Shown: in pieces, positions 8,052 through 11,204 of the stretch
Layout: each line of letters begins with the position of its first letter
Position numbering within the stretch: the stretch's first letter is position 1
NCBI GenBank assembly: GCA_018238545.1
Contig: JABCTC010000071.1
Coordinates: forward strand, 1-11,204
Reading direction: 5' to 3'
DNA from: Candidatus Heimdallarchaeota archaeon
GTDB taxonomy: Archaea > Asgardarchaeota > Heimdallarchaeia > Heimdallarchaeales > Heimdallarchaeaceae
Length of the DNA: 11,204 nucleotides
Translations under genes and position numbers: made by a program
Notes under the pieces: model-generated
Told to the model about the DNA's origin: nothing
The model's database searches: none
What the model saw: only the letters and a program-made list of their open reading frames with translations

Positions 8052-8118
8052 CCACCTAAAACAATATAAAATTGTTTGGTTACTTAAAAATTGGTAAGAT
8101 ACTTAATAAATGCGGTAC
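8052..8118 (-). promoter_or_regulatory. Putative archaeal promoter/operator for the membrane-protein module
   Basis: Non-coding gap at the module boundary. TATA-like TTTATTAAG (8110-8102) and TTTTTAAG (8090-8083), two TTAAGTA copies, and the inverted repeat AAACAAT-N5-ATTGTTT (8059-8077) just ahead of the SD. Confidence 0.45.
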
Positions 8119-8123
8119 TAATC

Positions 8124-8228
8124 TCAAAAAAGATTATTTGTTATCGCAAATCTTGCTAAAACGGCAATAACAGCAAGAATGAGAGGGATAACGATAGGGA
8201 TAACATTTGGATACCAAGTTTTTTTCAT
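8124..8228 (-). CDS. Possible 34-aa hydrophobic peptide overlapping the Cys-cluster ORF in another frame
   Basis: Hand translation gives MKKTWYPNVIPIVIPLILAVIAVLARFAITNNLF*, a clean TM helix. No strong SD. Confidence 0.3.
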   Translation of the reverse strand: MKKTWYPNVIPIVIPLILAVIAVLARFAITNNLF

Positions 8229-8310
8229 TAGTAGTTAGATCATCAAAGGAAGTTTTCTTAGGACCAAAAACTCTAGAAACTTTGCTAAGCTTTAAATCTG
8301 ATTTAGTCAA
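8134..8310 (-). CDS. Small Cys-cluster protein (58 aa, C...CCxCxFxxxC), possible metal/Fe-S binding
   Basis: GGAGG lies 10 nt upstream of TTG 8310, which is more plausible than the track start at 8355. The C-terminus is KCYPYRYPSHSCCYCRFSKICDNK. Confidence 0.55.
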   Translation of the reverse strand: MTKSDLKLSKVSRVFGPKKTSFDDLTTNEKNLVSKCYPYRYPSHSCCYCRFSKICDNK

Positions 8311-8437
8311 GAAATAGTTTCCTCCAGTTTTTATCGAAGTAATTATCAAACACAAACCAATTGAGAATTAAATAGAAGAATGTGAGAAGAGTAATAGAAC
8401 AAAAAATTATGAACCATTGGACTTCAAGAGGTAACAT
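8303..8437 (-). CDS. 44-aa single-TM membrane protein (not in ORF track)
   Basis: MLPLEVQWFIIFCSITLLTFFYLILNWFVFDNYFDKNWRKLFLD*. It starts in a TAATG overlap, and its end overlaps the TTG of the next gene. Confidence 0.55.
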   Translation of the reverse strand: MLPLEVQWFIIFCSITLLTFFYLILNWFVFDNYFDKNWRKLFLD

Positions 8438-8491
8438 TAGCTGATACTTCCTTTTTTTGTGTAATGTTTGTCTTGATATTCTTTTTTATTT

Positions 8492-8896
8492 CTAAACATT
8501 TTTCAGCAACTCCTTAAGTTCTTCTAATTCTTCACGTAATTCTTTTTGTTCTGAAATGATTTTTTCTTGATTCTTGAACTGTTTTATCCAGATAGGATTA
8601 ACTTCTAGAACGACGCCCACTTCTCCCCTGAACGTTCCTCGTTTTAAATCAAACTTTCCAACAAGTATAGATATGGGAACATAAATGAAAACGAATAAGA
8701 TGAAAAAATAGCTAAATCTCATCCATTCAGGCATGAATAGATCTTCTAGAAGAAGCTTGTAGATAATTATTGTAAAATTAACTAACCAAAAAATAAAGTA
8801 GAACCAAGAATTGTGTCCTCGCAGAAAATACATTTTGAATTTTCCAACAGTATTAAGTAAAGTCCGTAAATTTTTTCTGATTTTCATTTTTTTCAA
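8492..8896 (-). CDS. Two-TM membrane protein with C-terminal coiled coil, 134 aa
   Basis: TMs WFYFIFWLVNFTIIIYKLL and FSYFFILFVFIYVPISILVG, followed by the heptad-like IISEQKELREELEELKELL. It overlaps the stop of the methyltransferase. Confidence 0.8.
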   Translation of the reverse strand: MKKMKIRKNLRTLLNTVGKFKMYFLRGHNSWFYFIFWLVNFTIIIYKLLLEDLFMPEWMRFSYFFILFVFIYVPISILVGKFDLKRGTFRGEVGVVLEVNPIWIKQFKNQEKIISEQKELREELEELKELLKNV

Positions 8897-9552
8897 TCCT
8901 TACTTGAAATTATACAGGTGATCCTTCTTGAAAATCTTTTAAAAATTCTTAAGCTACCTAAAGTTTTGTCTAATATTTTCCCTAATCCTTTCATATTCGG
9001 GAAAACTTGTCCAGAAAAAAACATTTTATCAATTTTGTAATCACAATATTTTTCTGTGATTGTTTTTAATTGCGTTCTATCATATGCGTTTATATGCCCA
9101 CTTAAATATTCATCAATATATAATGAAGTATTGATTATTCTTGTTAAGAAATGGACATTAGGAACGCTTATAATTACTTTTCCAGACTTTTTTAATAGTT
9201 TTTTACAATCCTCTAAAACCTTCATAGGTTGTTCTAAATGTTCTAAAACTTGAAGAATAAGTATAATGTCATAAAGCCCATGAAAATCTTTTAAATCTTT
9301 TTCTATATCTCTATTGAAAATAGTTAAACCTTTTTTCCTTCCATAATTTACAAGAGGAAAATTGTTATCTATTCCCGTAACATTATAATCTTCATCTAAC
9401 AACTCTAAAAGGTTACACCTTCCACTTCCTAACTCTAAAATTAACGCTCCTTTTGCAAAATTGTTAATTATGTAATCGTGAACTTCTTTTTCGTATTCTT
9501 GATAATAATTCGATACTGCCTCTTCATATTTTACTTTATATTTAGCTTTCAT
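8893..9552 (-). CDS. Class I SAM-dependent methyltransferase (Methyltransf_11/23-like; small-molecule/glycan type), 219 aa
   Basis: Motif I ILELGSGRC, post-I VTGID, then YDIILILQVLEHLEQP, LLKKSGKVIISVPN and a downstream HINAY. AGGAG SD. Confidence 0.92.
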   Translation of the reverse strand: MKAKYKVKYEEAVSNYYQEYEKEVHDYIINNFAKGALILELGSGRCNLLELLDEDYNVTGIDNNFPLVNYGRKKGLTIFNRDIEKDLKDFHGLYDIILILQVLEHLEQPMKVLEDCKKLLKKSGKVIISVPNVHFLTRIINTSLYIDEYLSGHINAYDRTQLKTITEKYCDYKIDKMFFSGQVFPNMKGLGKILDKTLGSLRIFKRFSRRITCIISSKD

Positions 9553-9553
9553 C

Positions 9554-9880
9554 TTAGATCGTCTCCTTAAGTTTGTTCTGCCTTTTTATTTCAACAAAAT
9601 GGCCATAATTTTCTGATAAAGATTCTATAATTTTCTTGCATGAACGACAATAAAATTCGTCTTCGTTAATAAAATCAAAAACGGAGAAAGGATCAACATA
9701 GAAGTATATTGATCCCTTAATTTTTTTTTGACAACGATAACACAAGTTTGTTTCTTCCATTTCACTCATTGTATTTTTATTTCCTTTTCCTCTTCTTGTT
9801 GCAAGTATAGTGATTAAGATAATACTACCAACAACCATTATAGATGACATTACAAGAACCAAAAGTTCAATTTCATTCAT
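9554..9880 (-). CDS. N-terminally membrane-anchored zinc-finger protein, 108 aa
   Basis: TM LLVLVMSSIMVVGSIILITILA followed by TRRGKGNK, then CYRC...YCRSC. Confidence 0.8.
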   Translation of the reverse strand: MNEIELLVLVMSSIMVVGSIILITILATRRGKGNKNTMSEMEETNLCYRCQKKIKGSIYFYVDPFSVFDFINEDEFYCRSCKKIIESLSENYGHFVEIKRQNKLKETI

Positions 9881-9887
9881 TTTTCTA

Positions 9888-10460
9888 TCATTCTCCTCTC
9901 ATTTCGGTTACAAGCTCTTCAATGGAAATTTTACTTTCCTCAGTTGTAGCTTGCTTTTTTGGTAGGAACCGTTCAATTCCCTGTATTTCTTTCAAAATCT
10001 CCCCTTTAGATAATTCATTCAGCTTTTGGATCAATTTAGTTCTAGTATTATTCGTTGTAACAAATTTGCTCCTGGTAGAGTTAAGAACCTTCCAAATTCT
10101 TTTTCTTAGATCATCATAAACTAAAACACCTATTCCATGCTCTTTTAACAAATCAAAGTGGGTAATAGTTTGATGTAACATTGTTCCAATATAATCCGTT
10201 ATTGGATATGCAATATAGCAATAATTGCAGAAAGTTGAACGCAGGAGAGCTTGTTGAAAAACACCCTTAAAATCACTCAACTTCACTTCAATAGAAGTAA
10301 TATAGAAACACCTTTTCCGATGCTTGTAAAGGCTGACAACATCCAATTCGTTAGGATGAATACGTACAGAATCAAAAACCCAGTGAGGATTTTGACTACT
10401 GAATATGTGTTGATCCTTGAGCCATCGAACAAATGCAGGATAATAATCGACTTCTTTCAT
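9888..10460 (-). CDS. PD-(D/E)XK superfamily nuclease, 190 aa
   Basis: N-terminal KE, ELDVV (catalytic D), SIEVKL (ExK), QQA helix, CNYCYIAYP and GIGVL match the restriction-endonuclease-like fold pattern. GGTGAGG SD and ATGA overlap. Confidence 0.8.
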   Translation of the reverse strand: MKEVDYYPAFVRWLKDQHIFSSQNPHWVFDSVRIHPNELDVVSLYKHRKRCFYITSIEVKLSDFKGVFQQALLRSTFCNYCYIAYPITDYIGTMLHQTITHFDLLKEHGIGVLVYDDLRKRIWKVLNSTRSKFVTTNNTRTKLIQKLNELSKGEILKEIQGIERFLPKKQATTEESKISIEELVTEMRGE

Positions 10461-10822
10461 GATCCCTCACCCTGAATGTCTAATTTAAGTGCCATTTCTA
10501 GAATATCATCTACTGATTTAATTCGTTTAACATCAGAGATATTCCACCAAAACTCTATTTGTAAATCAAAACGCAAGAAAGTAAGACTTATTCCAAAAGT
10601 GTTAGCTCCTACATCTTCAGGTAGCCTATATCTTCCAACAACAATAGCTGGTAAAAGATACCAACCATCCATTATATGAAAATAGAATTTTATTTCAGGT
10701 TTCTTTTTAATTCCATCTAAATCTTGTGATTTACATTTTGGACAACTGTTTTCAGTGGTTTTGACTTTACAATGACATTCATTACACCAATAAGATGTTT
10801 TTCTGTTTGTTTTACTTTTCAT
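10457..10822 (-). CDS. Zinc-ribbon protein, ~121 aa
   Basis: YWCNECH...SCPKCKSQDLD. ATG 10822 follows GGTGA at SD spacing (the track start is GTG 10837). Confidence 0.8.
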   Translation of the reverse strand: MKSKTNRKTSYWCNECHCKVKTTENSCPKCKSQDLDGIKKKPEIKFYFHIMDGWYLLPAIVVGRYRLPEDVGANTFGISLTFLRFDLQIEFWWNISDVKRIKSVDDILEMALKLDIQGEGS

Positions 10823-10830
10823 TTTTCCTT

Positions 10831-11016
10831 TCACCACACTTCTTTTGTTTCTGGATTAAAATAACGATTAAATCCATAATCACAAACAACGTCTTCAGGA
10901 GAAACATCTTCTCCGAATCTTCCATGAAAAGCCCAACAGCTAAGATTTAATTCATCAAAGCTAGGACAATCTTTACAATAACATTCTGATTGATCTATTT
11001 GTTCTATTTCACTCAT
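10831..11016 (-). CDS. Small Cys-rich protein (CxCxxC...C...C), 61 aa
   Basis: CYCKDCPSF...SCW...VVCDY. AGGAG upstream and overlaps the stop of the upstream ORF. Confidence 0.75.
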   Translation of the reverse strand: MSEIEQIDQSECYCKDCPSFDELNLSCWAFHGRFGEDVSPEDVVCDYGFNRYFNPETKEVW

Positions 11017-11146
11017 TTTTTTTCATTTCTCCTTTGTATTTTCTTTGTATTGTTTTTCGCAGCACTTTTGTATTCTGAACGTAATTTCTTGGAAACATTG
11101 TAAGTTTTCTTTCTTGGTTAGACTCTAATCTAGTATTCTTTTGCAT
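11009..11146 (-). CDS. 45-aa basic hypothetical protein (not in ORF track)
   Basis: MQKNTRLESNQERKLTMFPRNYVQNTKVLRKTIQRKYKGEMKKNE*. AGGGG upstream, and it overlaps both neighbours. Confidence 0.5.
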   Translation of the reverse strand: MQKNTRLESNQERKLTMFPRNYVQNTKVLRKTIQRKYKGEMKKNE

Positions 11147-11204
11147 AATTTTCCCCTTTCACTAAACTATATTCTTTCTTTGGTCGGCCTACTTCTCCTG
11201 ATTC
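11130..11204 (-). CDS. C-terminal end of a probable winged-HTH transcriptional regulator (5'-truncated)
   Basis: ...ESGEVGRPKKEYSLVKGENYAKEY*. GRPxxxYxL is the typical wing motif of ArsR/TrmB/PadR-like wHTH domains. Confidence 0.55.
   Translation of the reverse strand, partial: ESGEVGRPKKEYSLVKGENYAKEY

Larger units (their letters stand above)
1..11204 (-). mobile_element. Segment of a probable archaeal virus/provirus or other mobile element
   Basis: Unidirectional overlapping short ORFans, Zn fingers, a nuclease, an MTase and a wHTH are followed by a structural-looking module. Archaeal-type GGTGA SDs and no housekeeping genes. No hallmark viral gene is visible in the window. Confidence 0.65.

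Noticed and set aside
8893-10460. Restriction-modification pair (MTase plus PD-(D/E)XK nuclease)
   Set aside because: The MTase lacks DNA-MTase catalytic motifs (DPPY/NPPY/SPPY or PC) and is of the small-molecule type.
4876-10679. Remaining plus-strand track ORFs and 7485..7688(-)
   Set aside because: Antisense or out-of-frame to well-supported, SD-bearing, coupled minus-strand genes.
1-11204. tRNA/rRNA, CRISPR array, integrase, transposase, HK97/DJR capsid, terminase
   Set aside because: No supporting motifs seen, and the window is nearly fully protein-coding.

Overview
An AT-rich window (roughly 30% GC by eye) with tightly packed genes, all on the minus strand. GGTGA/GGAGG Shine-Dalgarno motifs, many ATGA/TAATG overlaps and the absence of housekeeping genes suggest a virus or integrated mobile element of an archaeon. 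An Asgard-type host is only a guess from protein style. Read in transcription order (right to left), the first block (11204-8124) holds small accessory genes: the end of a probable winged-HTH regulator, three Cys/Zn-finger proteins, a PD-(D/E)XK nuclease, a class I SAM methyltransferase and small membrane proteins. The second block (8046 to <1) contains only exported or membrane proteins. These are a 417-aa glycoprotein-like protein with its own promoter-like region and terminator hairpin, an 80-aa signal-peptide plus single-TM protein built like a filamentous-phage coat protein or pilin, a 4-TM protein, four type-I membrane proteins arranged as a duplicated two-gene unit (B-A-B-A), and a >1253-aa adhesin-like protein with repeated CBM-like beta-sandwich domains. 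That last ORF runs off the left edge and is missing from the supplied ORF track. I recognise no HK97/DJR capsid, portal, terminase, ATPase or integrase in the window. All functional calls come from motif reading, not database searches.
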